Source of the DNA: Bacillota bacterium
Lineage (GTDB): Bacteria; Bacillota; SHA-98; UBA4971
Reading direction: 5' to 3'
Assembly (NCBI GenBank): GCA_012516125.1
Contig: JAAYXB010000058.1
Span: forward strand, 479 to 64,478
Length of the DNA: 64,000 nt
Notes under the pieces: generated by a model
Databases searched by the model: none
Told to the model about the DNA's origin: nothing
What the model saw: only the letters and a program-made list of their open reading frames with translations
Shown here: positions 1-9,551 of the stretch, one piece after another
Position numbering within the stretch: the first letter of the stretch is position 1
Layout of the letters: each line of letters begins with the position of its first letter
Made by a program: the position numbers and the translations under genes

Positions 1-1278
1 GACCCCATGATCGTGCCGAGCTCCTTTAGAGATTCATAGTCGACGGGGGTGTTCAGGAACTCCGCCGGCACGCACCCGCCCGACGGCCCGCCGGTCTGAG
101 CGGCCTTGAACTTCTTGCCGCCCGGGATGCCGCCGCCGATGTCGAAGATGATCTCGCCGAGCGGTATCCCCATGGGCACCTCGACGAGGCCGGTGTTATT
201 GATCTTGCCGGCGAGGGCGAACACCTTCGTGCCCTTGCTCTTCTCCGTGCCGATGCTGGCGAACCACTCCGGCCCTTTCAGGATTATGGGCGGGATGTTC
301 GCGTAGGTCTCCACGTTGTTGATGAGGGTGGGCTTGCCCCAGAGACCCTCGCTCGCCGGGAACGGCGGCCTCGGACGCGGCTCGCCGCGCCTGCCCTCGA
401 CGGAGGCGAGCAGCGCCGTCTCCTCGCCGCAAACGAACGCGCCGGCCCCGACCCTGATGTCCAGGTCAAAGTCGAATCCCTTGCCGAAGATATCCTTGCC
501 AAGGACCCCGTATTCGCGGGCCTGCATTATCGCGTGGCTGAGATGTTTGACGGCGAGGGGGTACTCCGCCCTGACGTACACGTACCCCTGGGAAGCGCCG
601 ACGGCGTAGCCCGCGATGGCCATAGCCTCTATGATGCTGTGGGGGTCGCCCTCCAGCACGCTCCTGTCCATGAACGCACCGGGGTCACCCTCGTCTGCGT
701 TGCAGACGACGTACTTCTGGTCGGCCTTTGCGCGCCGCGTGAAGTCCCACTTGAGGCCCGTCGGAAACCCTGCTCCTCCGCGCCCCCGCAGCCCGGAACG
801 CTTCACAACGTCGACCACCTGCTCTGGCGTCATCTCCGTGAGGACCTTGGCCAGAGCGGCGTAGCCATCCTCGGCAATGTACTCCTCTATGTTGAGCGGG
901 TCGATCTTGCCCGTGTTCCGCAGGGCGATCCGGACCTGCCTGTTGAAGAACGTGATATCGCCGTACGTGGGGACACGCTGCTGCGTATCGGGGGCTTCAT
1001 ACAGCAGGCGCTGGACGATCCTGCCTTTCAGCAGGTGCTCGACGACGATCTCTCGCGCGTCCTCGGCTTTGAGCTTGCGGTACAAAACCCCTTCCGGATA
1101 TATGATGGCCACCGGGCCGAGTTCACAGGGGCCCATGCACCCGGTGCTCACCACTCTGACCTCGCTGGCAAGGCCATGCCTGGCTATCTCGTCTAGAAAG
1201 GCCTGTTCGACTTCTTTGCATCCTGAGGAAACGCAGCCTGCGCCGCCACACACCAGGACATGCGCACGGTAAGAATCC
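1..1278 (-). CDS. NAD(H)-binding flavoprotein subunit of a hydrogenase/formate-dehydrogenase-type complex (NuoF/HndC/HydB-like); N-terminus in window, C-terminus runs off the window start
   Basis: Manual translation of the minus strand from the ATG at 1278 (not in the ORF track because it runs off the edge): MDSYRAHVLVCGGAGCVSSGC...TGCMGPCELGP is a thioredoxin-like [2Fe-2S] domain. It is followed by NuoF hallmarks: GLRGRGGAGFPTGLKW, VVCNADEGDPGAFMDR, GAGAFVCGEETALL. GGAGG lies 8 nt upstream of the ATG. Confidence 0.8.
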
Positions 1279-1358
1279 ATGTGACCAGCCTCCTTAACTC
1301 TCTGGCGGCGATCCGACGCCGCAACGCTCCGGCAAACTCTCCCTCTCATACCTTCCGC

Positions 1359-1853
1359 CTAGTCGTACTTCGCAAGGATCTCTTTCAGCTTGTCGGGCTT
1401 GAGCCGTGCGTAGATGTCATCGTCCACCCTCACGACCGGGCCGAGGCCGCACGCGCCCATGCAACGGACGACCTCCATGGAAAACTTGCCATCGCTTGTG
1501 GTGTCTTTCGCCCGGATCCCGAGATCCTGCTCGAGCCTTTCCAGGATGTCTTCAGCGCCTCTCACGTAGCAGGCAGTGCCCTTGCACACGCTGATCTGGT
1601 GCCGCCCCTTGGGCTTGAGCGAGAACAGCGCGTAGAACGTGACCACGCTGTATACCTCGCTCAAGGGGATGTCAAGCCCCTCGGCGACCATAACCTGGAT
1701 CTCCCTGGGGAGGTAGCCCACCACCTGCTGCGCCTCGTGGAGAACCTGGATGAGCACGCCGGGTTTCCCCCGGTAGTGCTCGATGATCTCCCTCACCTTG
1801 TTCTTCTGTTCCTCGGTCACCTTGCCGAAACATGTGCACTCTTCGCACGCCAT
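1359..1853 (-). CDS. NuoE/HndA/HydC-like 24-kDa [2Fe-2S] thioredoxin-like subunit
   Basis: Lies in ORF 1359..2027(-). I place the start at the internal Met (MACEECTCFGKVTEEQ...), which has GGAGG 7 nt upstream. Carries the SVCKGTACYVRGA...CMGACGLGPVV cysteine pattern typical of NuoE. Sits directly upstream of the NuoF-like gene. Confidence 0.8.
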   Translation of the reverse strand: MACEECTCFGKVTEEQKNKVREIIEHYRGKPGVLIQVLHEAQQVVGYLPREIQVMVAEGLDIPLSEVYSVVTFYALFSLKPKGRHQISVCKGTACYVRGAEDILERLEQDLGIRAKDTTSDGKFSMEVVRCMGACGLGPVVRVDDDIYARLKPDKLKEILAKYD

Positions 1854-1923
1854 CCCGATTCCTCCTTCGCGGGCGTGGCGAGACACGCACGCCTGCCTCG
1901 CAACTGCCGCCAGCACTCCATAG

Positions 1924-1938
1924 CAAGAACCGTGCCGT
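1924..1938 (-). promoter_or_regulatory. putative sigma54 (-24/-12) promoter for the nuoE/nuoF-like operon
   Basis: The minus strand reads cGGCACGgttcTTGCta (GG-N10-GC with the conserved GGCACG...TTGCW), about 70 nt upstream of the nuoE-like start. A sigma54 activator gene lies immediately upstream. Confidence 0.5.
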
Positions 1939-2431
1939 TTGTGAATACCGTCACAATACCCCGACAGGGAAAGCCCTGAACCCTTTGTGCCGCCTGTCAC
2001 AATCGGGTCTCCACACCTCGAGCACACCCAACGCAGGTCGCCCGCGACTAATGCACCAGTGCATCATCCCTTTCCGGTGACACAGGTCCGGCGTGAACCT
2101 GGCGGGATACGCCCATTGCCCGTTGGCCGTGCGCCGCGGCATGCAGGCCGTGAGCCGTGCGGCCATGATTGCGCGCATGCCTCGCCTCTCCCGCCGCCAG
2201 CAGTCGTACGTCGCGCCGCCCCAGGCGATCCAGCAGCAAGCTTACGCCGCCCCCGGTGCCCCCTAGCGCCCCCTGGCGCACGGGCCTTGAGCTTTCGCCA
2301 GACAGAGTAATGCACTCACGCATCAATCACTGCACCGGCGCATTATCCTGCGAAGGAACCGGCGACGTACGTCACCGGTCGAGTCGCATCGGTGACGTGG
2401 GGAACGCTTGACCGGAAACCCGTGACCCATA

Positions 2432-2516
2432 TCAGCCGTCAGCGGCCAGCGGTCAGGCGTCAGGCATCAGGCGCCAGGTGTCAGGGGTCGGCTATTCGCG
2501 TTCAGCCGTCAGGGCA
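2432..2516. repeat. tandem GTCAGG(C) direct repeats (about 7 units, period 7-9 nt) between the sigma54 activator gene and the sigma54 promoter
   Basis: Direct reading: cagccGTCAGCggccagcgGTCAGGcGTCAGGcaTCAGGcgcCAGGtGTCAGGgGTCGG...ccGTCAGGgc. Confidence 0.6.
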
Positions 2517-2602
2517 AGTGACGACACACCAGGATTTCCACCCGTAACAGGGTCCTGCTGAATGGGGGCGCAGGAATGCTCCCGACTCCCGGTAACCCAC
2601 CC

Positions 2603-4039
2603 TCACGTAGCCGCTTCCGTACCCGCGGCAGCCTTCTGGCCCCCGCGGCGGCCGCAGGCGTATTTCTTGATCTTCCTGACCACAGTGGACTGGTTCACAC
2701 CAAGGAGGCTTGCTATGCTGTACGTGCTCCTCTTTTCCGCGAGGGCGCGCTCGATGATCTGCCTCTCGACCTCCTCGATCGCCTCGCGCAGCGGCATGAT
2801 CCCGCCCACGACGACCCTGGGCCGGTGCTCCTCGCCCTCCTCGAGGATCTGCTGGGGCAGGTCGCCCCCGCCGATCTCGTCGCCCTCAACGGTGACCACC
2901 AGGCGCTCGATGAGGTTCTCAAGCTCCCGCACGTTCCCGGGCCATGAGTATCTCGTGAGGATCTCCCGCGCTTCCTCGCTTATGGTCTTTCGGTAACCGT
3001 GGGTCCTATTGTACCTGTCGAGAAAGTGGTAGATGAGGGGGATGACGTCGTCCGGCCGCTCGCGCAGCGGTGGTATGGTGATGGGCACAACATTCAGCCT
3101 GTAGAAAAGGTCCGCGCGGAACTCCCCCCTCGCAACCATGGCCGCGAGGTCGCGGTTTGTCGCGGCGATTATGCGGATGTCCACGTCTAGAGGCTTCACC
3201 CCGCCGACCCGCACGAGCTTTCGCTCCTGGATGACCTGGAGCAGCTTCACCTGAAGATCGGTCGGCAGCTCAGATATCTCATCGAGGAACAGGGTCCCGC
3301 CGGAGGCCACCTCGATCATCCCCGGCTTGCCCTCGCGTCTCGCGCCCGTGAACGCCCCCGACTCGTAGCCGAAAAGCTCAGACTCCAGCAGAGTGGCGGG
3401 AATTGCGCCGCAGTTGATGTTGACAAACGGGCCGTCCCGGCGCGGGCTCGTCCTGTGGATGAATCGCGCAACGACCTCCTTGCCGACGCCCGACTCCCCC
3501 AGGATGAGGACGGTGGTGTTCACCGGCGCCACCTTCGCGGCAAGCTGCAACACGCGGCCCATCTCCACACTGTACGCGATCACCGCTGGAGGGGCAGGTT
3601 TCGGGCCCTCCTGCTGGTCAGCGTGGTCAGCGCAAGGCGCGCCGCTCTCCCGCCCTGCTGCCCCGCCCGCTCCCTCGGCTCGCGCACCTGCAGGCGCAGG
3701 CGCCCGGCGGCCCGCATAGCCCCGGTCGAGGATCTCGCGCGCGGCGCGCACAAGCCTTCCACGTTCGAGCCCCGGCAATGCCGAGGCCAGGGCCTCATCG
3801 GCTTCCATCGCCGCGCGCCCGCCCCTGGCAAGTAGCCAGAGCACCCCCTCTGCGCCCCCGGAGAGAACCATGGCGCGTTCAGGGCAAGCCCTGAAGCATT
3901 CTCCGCACCCGTCGCACTTCGACGGGTCCACGACCGGCGGCCGTCCACTCGCGCCTGACATGGCGCCCGCCGGGCACTTCGCTATGCACTCCCCACATCG
4001 GGTGCACTTTGCGGCATCAACGAAAACATGCCCCGGCAT
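2603..4039 (-). CDS. sigma54-dependent transcriptional activator (AAA+ with GAFTGA, C-terminal Fis-type HTH) with an N-terminal 2x[4Fe-4S] ferredoxin domain
   Basis: ORF 2603..4321(-) contains GESGVGKEVVARFIH (Walker A), ESELFGYESGAFTGA, and the HTH SIASLLGVNQSTVVRKIKKY. The N-terminus has CTRCGECIAKCP and CDGCGECFRACP. I place the start at MPGHVFV (ATG complement 4037-4039) with GGAGGGAGAGAG just upstream. Confidence 0.85.
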   Translation of the reverse strand: MPGHVFVDAAKCTRCGECIAKCPAGAMSGASGRPPVVDPSKCDGCGECFRACPERAMVLSGGAEGVLWLLARGGRAAMEADEALASALPGLERGRLVRAAREILDRGYAGRRAPAPAGARAEGAGGAAGRESGAPCADHADQQEGPKPAPPAVIAYSVEMGRVLQLAAKVAPVNTTVLILGESGVGKEVVARFIHRTSPRRDGPFVNINCGAIPATLLESELFGYESGAFTGARREGKPGMIEVASGGTLFLDEISELPTDLQVKLLQVIQERKLVRVGGVKPLDVDIRIIAATNRDLAAMVARGEFRADLFYRLNVVPITIPPLRERPDDVIPLIYHFLDRYNRTHGYRKTISEEAREILTRYSWPGNVRELENLIERLVVTVEGDEIGGGDLPQQILEEGEEHRPRVVVGGIMPLREAIEEVERQIIERALAEKRSTYSIASLLGVNQSTVVRKIKKYACGRRGGQKAAAGTEAAT

Positions 4040-4216
4040 CTCTCTCCCTCCGGGGCAATTATACACCACATCGTCCAGGCCGCATAGCGCATAGCCCGGC
4101 GCTCCTCTATCGCTCACTCCTCCGCCCCTCAGGAGACTCGCGCCTTCCGGCCTGCTAACTGGATCGCCATGAGCAATCGCGGGTCCCAAAGAACGCACGC
4201 GCCGTGCAGGGTCGCC

Positions 4217-4399
4217 GGTGTTGCGTTCGGGGACGGCGCCCCAAGCGGGGCGCGCTTCGGCAAAACCCGGCCCGTGTGGCCAGGCAGCCGGATTTCGACA
4301 CCCTCGCGCAATCACCGGCAACCCAGGACCTCGGAAAACGAGAGAAAACTAACGACCTCATACCTAGACCTCGCCAAACCTCAACAAGCTAAGTGAGAG
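4217..4399. repeat. intergenic repeat element, copy A (long form; 3' end motif inverted relative to the other copies)
   Basis: Shares ggtgttgcgttcggggacggcgccccaagcgg...ccggcccgt..gccggatttcgacaccc with copies at 9552 and 59453. Ends ctaagtgagag. Confidence 0.7.
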
Positions 4400-4532
4400 C
4401 GCGGAAATGCTCCAGATTCTTGGGAGGGCTTGTCGGCGACTCAAAGAGAGGGAACCACGAAGCCGCTTCGGAACAGATGCGAACCCGCAAGCATGCGACC
4501 CCGCGGTCCTGCGACCCCGCGCCAAAAGGCGG

Positions 4533-6605
4533 TTAGCCGCTCTGCCTTTCGCGGCTTTCGCGGGCCGCCCCTCGCCCGAACTGTTCCTTGTACTGCAGGA
4601 GGTAGAGCTGATAATATATGCCGCGCTTCGCGAGAAGTTCCTGGTGGGTGCCGACCTCGCGTACCCTGCCCTTGTGGATCACGATTATCTTGTCAGCGTT
4701 CTGTATGGTCGACAGCCTGTGCGCCACGATGAGCGTCGTCCTACCCCGCACCAGCTTCGCGAGGGCGTCCTGGATGAGCGCTTCCGTCTCGGTGTCGATG
4801 TTGGCCGTGGCCTCGTCCAGCACGAGGATGGCAGGGTCGAATGCGAGCGCCCTTGCGAACGCGAGAAGCTGACGCTGCCCTGCCGAGAGCGTCACGCCCC
4901 GCTCCTTCACCTCGGCGCGGTAGCCTCCTGGCAGGCGTCTTATGAACGTGTCCGCATTGACGTACCTCGCAGCCTCCTGCACGTCCTCCTCGGCGATCTC
5001 GCTGCTATTCAACCTGATGTTGCTCTCTATGTCGCCGGTGAAAAGGAACACGTCCTGCTGCACGACACCTATGTGTCGGCGAAGCTCGTGCCTGGGAATG
5101 TGCCGGATATCGACGCCGTCAATGAGGATCCGGCCCCGCGAGATCTCGTACATCCTCCCGATGAGGCTTATGATCGAAGTCTTGCCGGCCCCTGTCGCCC
5201 CGACGAAGGCGCAGGTCTCGCCGGGCCCGACCTTGAAGCTGACGTCCTTCAAGACCCAGTCCTCACCGTTATAGGCGAACCACACGTTTTGGAACTCGAT
5301 CTCTCCGCGCGGCCGCCCGAGGGAGACCGGCCTTACCGGGTCTGGCTCGCGGGCATTCGTGTCGAGAAGCATGAATATCCTCTCGGACGCCGCCATGGCT
5401 GACTGCATGATGTTGTACTTCTCGGTGAGATCGTTGATTGGCCTGAAGAACTGCTGAATATAGCTTATAAACGCGTACAAGACTCCGAACTCCAGCTTTC
5501 CTGCGAGCACCCGGCCGCCCCCATACCAGATGAGGAGGGCGAGGGCAAGCGAGGATATGAGGTCCATCGCGGGCCTGAAGATCGCGTACACGCGCAGCTC
5601 GCGCATGTTGGCTGCAAGGTAATCCCTGTTTATCGCGTCGAACTCCTCGAACTTCTTTTTCTCGCGCCCGAATATCTGGATGATCCTCATCCCCGAGATG
5701 TTCTCAGCAAGCGTCGCGTTGATCCGGGCAAGCCTCGTGCGGACGAGCCGGTAGGCCTCGCGCGCCTGCACTCGGAACACCACCGTCACCGCCAGAATGA
5801 CGGGGAGCGTCGCAAGGCTCACCAGCGCAAGCTCGAAGTTCATTCTGAGCATCACTATGACGATCCCCACGAGCAGGAAAAGATCCTTGAAGAGGTTCAC
5901 CAGGACCGCAGTGTACATCTCGTTCAGGGCGTCGGTATCGTTGGTCACCCTCGTAACAAGCCGGCCAACGGGGTTCCTGTCGAAGAAGGATAGCGAAAGC
6001 CCCTGCAGGTGGCGGAATATCTCCACCCTCATGTTGAAGATGATCTTCTGGCCCGTGTACTGCAGGATGTAAACCTGAATGTAGTTGAGGACGAAGCCAA
6101 GGGCCATGACGCCAAGGAGGATGAGCGCCAGCTTCAGCACGCTCGCCGCATCGCGCTCCCTGAACCTGCGTACTTCCTCAGGAGCAAGTTCCTGCCTGCT
6201 CACGGTCCCGGTGCCCACGTCGCGCATCACGAGAAAGTAGCGTCCATCCACGCGCTCTATGCGCGCGGGGCGCGCGGGCATCGGAGCCCCCTCCCGGGTC
6301 TCGCGTTGAAAGCCCCTTGGAAGCCATTTCTCTCGCACGAAGACCATGCCGCGCACAGCGACCCCGGGGACCGGCTCGCGGCCTGGCGTGAACGCGAGCA
6401 TGGGCGCGTCCAGCGCGTTGATGTGATCGTCTATGGCGATCTTGGTGAGGTACGGCTGCACCAGGTCCGTGCCTGTGATGACGAAGAGAAGCACCACGCA
6501 CACGAGGAGAAGCCGCCAGTACGGGGCGGCGTACTTGATCAGGCGCCTCATCAACCTGGCGTCGTATGCCTTTCCAAGGGCCTCTTCCTCGTGAAAATCA
6601 GGCAT
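4533..6605 (-). CDS. ABC exporter, fused permease + ATPase (MdlB/type-I exporter family) with a ~90-aa insertion in the first extracytoplasmic loop
   Basis: 690 aa with six TM segments. Walker A GATGAGKTS, signature LSAGQRQLLAFARAL, Walker B ILVLDEATANID. The insert lies between TM1 and TM2 (residues ~60-150). Confidence 0.85.
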   Translation of the reverse strand: MPDFHEEEALGKAYDARLMRRLIKYAAPYWRLLLVCVVLLFVITGTDLVQPYLTKIAIDDHINALDAPMLAFTPGREPVPGVAVRGMVFVREKWLPRGFQRETREGAPMPARPARIERVDGRYFLVMRDVGTGTVSRQELAPEEVRRFRERDAASVLKLALILLGVMALGFVLNYIQVYILQYTGQKIIFNMRVEIFRHLQGLSLSFFDRNPVGRLVTRVTNDTDALNEMYTAVLVNLFKDLFLLVGIVIVMLRMNFELALVSLATLPVILAVTVVFRVQAREAYRLVRTRLARINATLAENISGMRIIQIFGREKKKFEEFDAINRDYLAANMRELRVYAIFRPAMDLISSLALALLIWYGGGRVLAGKLEFGVLYAFISYIQQFFRPINDLTEKYNIMQSAMAASERIFMLLDTNAREPDPVRPVSLGRPRGEIEFQNVWFAYNGEDWVLKDVSFKVGPGETCAFVGATGAGKTSIISLIGRMYEISRGRILIDGVDIRHIPRHELRRHIGVVQQDVFLFTGDIESNIRLNSSEIAEEDVQEAARYVNADTFIRRLPGGYRAEVKERGVTLSAGQRQLLAFARALAFDPAILVLDEATANIDTETEALIQDALAKLVRGRTTLIVAHRLSTIQNADKIIVIHKGRVREVGTHQELLAKRGIYYQLYLLQYKEQFGRGAARESRERQSG

Positions 6606-6608
6606 GGC

Positions 6609-8411
6609 TCACGTCTCCCCGGCGGAAGTCAGCTCTTCTTCGAGCAACTGCCGCTCGTAGATGTCCGCGTAAATGCCCCCTGCGGCCACAAGCGACTCGT
6701 GGTTCCCCCGCTCCACGATCCGGCCGCCGTCGAGCACGATGATCTCGTCCGCTTCTTTCAGCGTCGATATCCTGTGCGATATGAGAATCGTCGTCCTCTC
6801 CCGCATGATCCCTCGCAGCGACCTCAGGATCCTCTCCTCGGTCTCGGTGTCCACCGCGGAGAAACAGTCATCGAGGACGAGTATCCTCGGGTTCTTCACG
6901 AGCGCCCTTGCTATCGCAACCCTCTGCTTCTGGCCGCCGGATAAGGTCACGCCGCGCTCCCCCACCACTGTGTCGAATCCCCTGGGAAACTCGCGCACAT
7001 CCCCGGCCACCCCCGCGACCTCCGCAGCCCTCTCGATCTCCTCGATGGAGAAGTCGTCGCTGGCAAACCCGATGTTCCCCTGGACGGAGGTGGAGAACAG
7101 GAAGTTGTCCTGCGGCACGTATCCGATATCGCGTCTCAGCACCGCAAGGGGGATCTTGTTGATGTCGATGCCATCGATGAGGAGCTCGCCCGGACCCGGG
7201 TTGTACAGGCGCAGGAGGAGGTTCACCAGGGTCGTCTTGCCGCTGCCCGTCCGGCCCAGGATGCCGACGGTGCGCCCCGCTGGGATCTTAAGATCGATGT
7301 TTCTGAGGACCGGCTCGCTCTCGCCCGGGTATGCGAACACGAGGTCCCGGAACTCAACCTCCCCTTCTAGTTCGCTCACAGGCATTACGTCGGTCGCGTC
7401 CTGCACCTCTGGCCTCGTGGAGAATATCACGTTCAGCCGGTCGATGGAAGCCATGCCTCTCTGCAGGGTGTTGACAACCCAGCCGATGGCCATCATGGGC
7501 CAGATGGCCATCCCGAGATATCCGCCGAACGCAACGAAGTCGCCAAGGCTGATATCGCCGAAGATCACCAGCCTGCCGCCGTAGCCTAGCACAACCACGA
7601 AGCTCAACCCCGCCACAAACTGCACCAGCGGCCAGAACAGCCCCCAGATCTTGACAAGGTGCATGTTGGCGTCAACCACACGCTGGGCAACCTCGGTAAA
7701 CTTCTCTATCTCCGCCTCCTCCTGGACGAACGCTTTGATGACACGTATGCCGCTCAGGTTCTCCTGAGTGCGGTCGGTCAGGGCGGCGAACGTCTCCTGG
7801 ACCTTCCGGAACCTCGAGTGTATAAGGCGTGAGAAGTGCGTGACGACGAAGGCGACGAACGGAAGCGGCACAAGCCCGAGCGCCACCAGGCGGAGGTCAA
7901 TGGTGCGCACCAGGATGGCGACGGTGGCAACCGTGAGGAACGCTGCGTCAACCGACAGGGCGATGCCCTGGGCGAAAGCGTGTCGCACCGCGTGGATGTC
8001 GTTGGTGGCGTGGGCCATGAGGTCGCCCGTCTTGTGGTTGTTGAAGAAGTTCGCGGACAGGGTTTCAAGGTGAGCGAAGAACCTGTTCCTGAGGGTGTAG
8101 TCGATGAGCCGGGCGGTCCCCATTATGTACATCCGCCAGAAGTACCTGCCGATGCCAACCAGAAGTGCGATACCCACGACAAGACCGACGTAGCGGACGA
8201 GCCCGGCACCATCAAGCCTGCCCGCGCGGAAATCGTCGGTCACCCTGCCCAGGATTCGCGGAACCAGAAGCTGCAGGGCATCGACGGCCACAAGGAAAAG
8301 AACGCCCAGGATGTACCTGGACCTGTACCGCGCGAAAAACTCCTTCAGAAGCGCAAATCTACTTTGCACAGGCTCCGACCTCAAAGGCGCGCTCAAAGCG
8401 CGTTCGTTCAT
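6609..8411 (-). CDS. ABC exporter, fused permease + ATPase (MdlA-like partner of a heterodimeric exporter)
   Basis: ORF 6609..8471(-) has Walker A GRTGSGKTTL, signature LSGGQKQRVAIARAL, and ILVLDDCFSAVD. I place the start at MNERAL (ATG 8409-8411), because the longer start would read through a TATAAT box. Confidence 0.8.
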   Translation of the reverse strand: MNERALSAPLRSEPVQSRFALLKEFFARYRSRYILGVLFLVAVDALQLLVPRILGRVTDDFRAGRLDGAGLVRYVGLVVGIALLVGIGRYFWRMYIMGTARLIDYTLRNRFFAHLETLSANFFNNHKTGDLMAHATNDIHAVRHAFAQGIALSVDAAFLTVATVAILVRTIDLRLVALGLVPLPFVAFVVTHFSRLIHSRFRKVQETFAALTDRTQENLSGIRVIKAFVQEEAEIEKFTEVAQRVVDANMHLVKIWGLFWPLVQFVAGLSFVVVLGYGGRLVIFGDISLGDFVAFGGYLGMAIWPMMAIGWVVNTLQRGMASIDRLNVIFSTRPEVQDATDVMPVSELEGEVEFRDLVFAYPGESEPVLRNIDLKIPAGRTVGILGRTGSGKTTLVNLLLRLYNPGPGELLIDGIDINKIPLAVLRRDIGYVPQDNFLFSTSVQGNIGFASDDFSIEEIERAAEVAGVAGDVREFPRGFDTVVGERGVTLSGGQKQRVAIARALVKNPRILVLDDCFSAVDTETEERILRSLRGIMRERTTILISHRISTLKEADEIIVLDGGRIVERGNHESLVAAGGIYADIYERQLLEEELTSAGET

Positions 8412-8523
8412 AGCGCATTCTATGAGGCCGGCGCGATCCGTACACGCCGCGCCGACGATCCAATTATACACGCAGGAGCCAGTCTACGGCAATTCCGGCC
8501 GAGCTCCGCGCTATAGCCCTCCT

Positions 8524-9408
8524 TCAGGTCCATCTTCCCGACGCAAGGCGGGCGCTTACCCCGAGGAGCAACTCGCGGACGATCTTCGCTGCAAGGAGCG
8601 AGGTAATATCGGAGAAATCCCAGGGGGGCGCGACCTCCACCAGGTCGAAGCCGACGACGTTGGCTCGGGCTAGGAGCTGGGCGGCCTCGAGGATCTCGGA
8701 GGACGAGCACCCTCCCGGCTCAGGGGTTCCGGTGCCCGGCGCGAACGCCGGGTCCACCACGTCGATGTCGAGCGTCACGTAGCACGGCCGGTCCCCTACC
8801 TCTCCCAGCGCCGCCCGGACCGCCGCGGGCACTGGCCCGTCGATCCTGTGCGGGCCGCCGCAAGCGAGCACAAACTCCTCAGCCGCCCCCGATCTGATGC
8901 CGACTTGGTAGAGGTTGTCCATCCCAATGATCTCCGCGACCCTCCGCAGGACGGTGGCGTGGGAAAGCCTTTGTCCTGCAAACTCGTCGCGGAGGTCCGC
9001 ATGGGCGTCGAGATGGATGACGACGAGGTCCTCGCGCGCCCCGGCAACCGCCCGCACACAGGGAAGGGTGACGAGGTGCTCGCCTCCGAGGGCGAACGGG
9101 ATCTTGCCGTCTCCAACGATCCCCTCCACCACCTCTCCGATGGCGTCCAGGCTCTTCTCGGTGTTGCCCAGCGGGAGGGAGACATCGCCGATGTCAGCGG
9201 CGTTTACTGACGCGAGGCTCCGCCTCTGGGCGGGGCTGTATTCCTCAAGCGAGAAGGAGACCTCCCGTATCTTGGCGGGCCCGCCCCGCGCACCCGGTCG
9301 CCAGCTCGTGGTGAAGTCCATGGGAAGCCCTAGGATGACTATGTCGGCCCGCTCGTAGTCGCTGTTTGCGCCGAGGAATCCTTCCCTTTTCTCGACCAGG
9401 ATACTCAT
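8524..9408 (-). CDS. speB: agmatinase (arginase/ureohydrolase family)
   Basis: Arginase-family metal-binding motifs: HLDAHAD, DIDVVDP, SGGEH-like GGEHLVT. The start at MSILVEK has GGAG 11 nt upstream. Confidence 0.8.
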   Translation of the reverse strand: MSILVEKREGFLGANSDYERADIVILGLPMDFTTSWRPGARGGPAKIREVSFSLEEYSPAQRRSLASVNAADIGDVSLPLGNTEKSLDAIGEVVEGIVGDGKIPFALGGEHLVTLPCVRAVAGAREDLVVIHLDAHADLRDEFAGQRLSHATVLRRVAEIIGMDNLYQVGIRSGAAEEFVLACGGPHRIDGPVPAAVRAALGEVGDRPCYVTLDIDVVDPAFAPGTGTPEPGGCSSSEILEAAQLLARANVVGFDLVEVAPPWDFSDITSLLAAKIVRELLLGVSARLASGRWT

Positions 9409-9551
9409 ATGCAGCATCTCCAGCCCGACGACAACTTCGAATGGCCGCCTCTTCGCGGGTTTCTGGCCCCCGCTCCCGGACAGGCTCGCACAAGACGCTC
9501 CTACATGGGGGTCCGTTGGTTCCCCCGCTTCGCCAACACCGGGAGGCTACC

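Noticed and set aside
534-1272. Plus-strand ORFs 534-1196 and 877-1272
   Set aside because: They lie antisense to the clearly homologous NuoF-like gene, which I found by translating the minus strand across the window edge.
4129-4311. Small minus-strand ORFs (4129-4311, 9245-9646, 59380-59568) sharing an RAPLGAPS-like peptide
   Set aside because: The shared peptide is produced by the intergenic DNA repeat family read in different frames. There are no RBSs, and frames differ between copies.
8412-8471. Upstream start (MYNWIVG...) for the second ABC exporter
   Set aside because: The extra codons read through a TATAAT box that more likely serves as the -10 promoter element. The MNERAL start was preferred.
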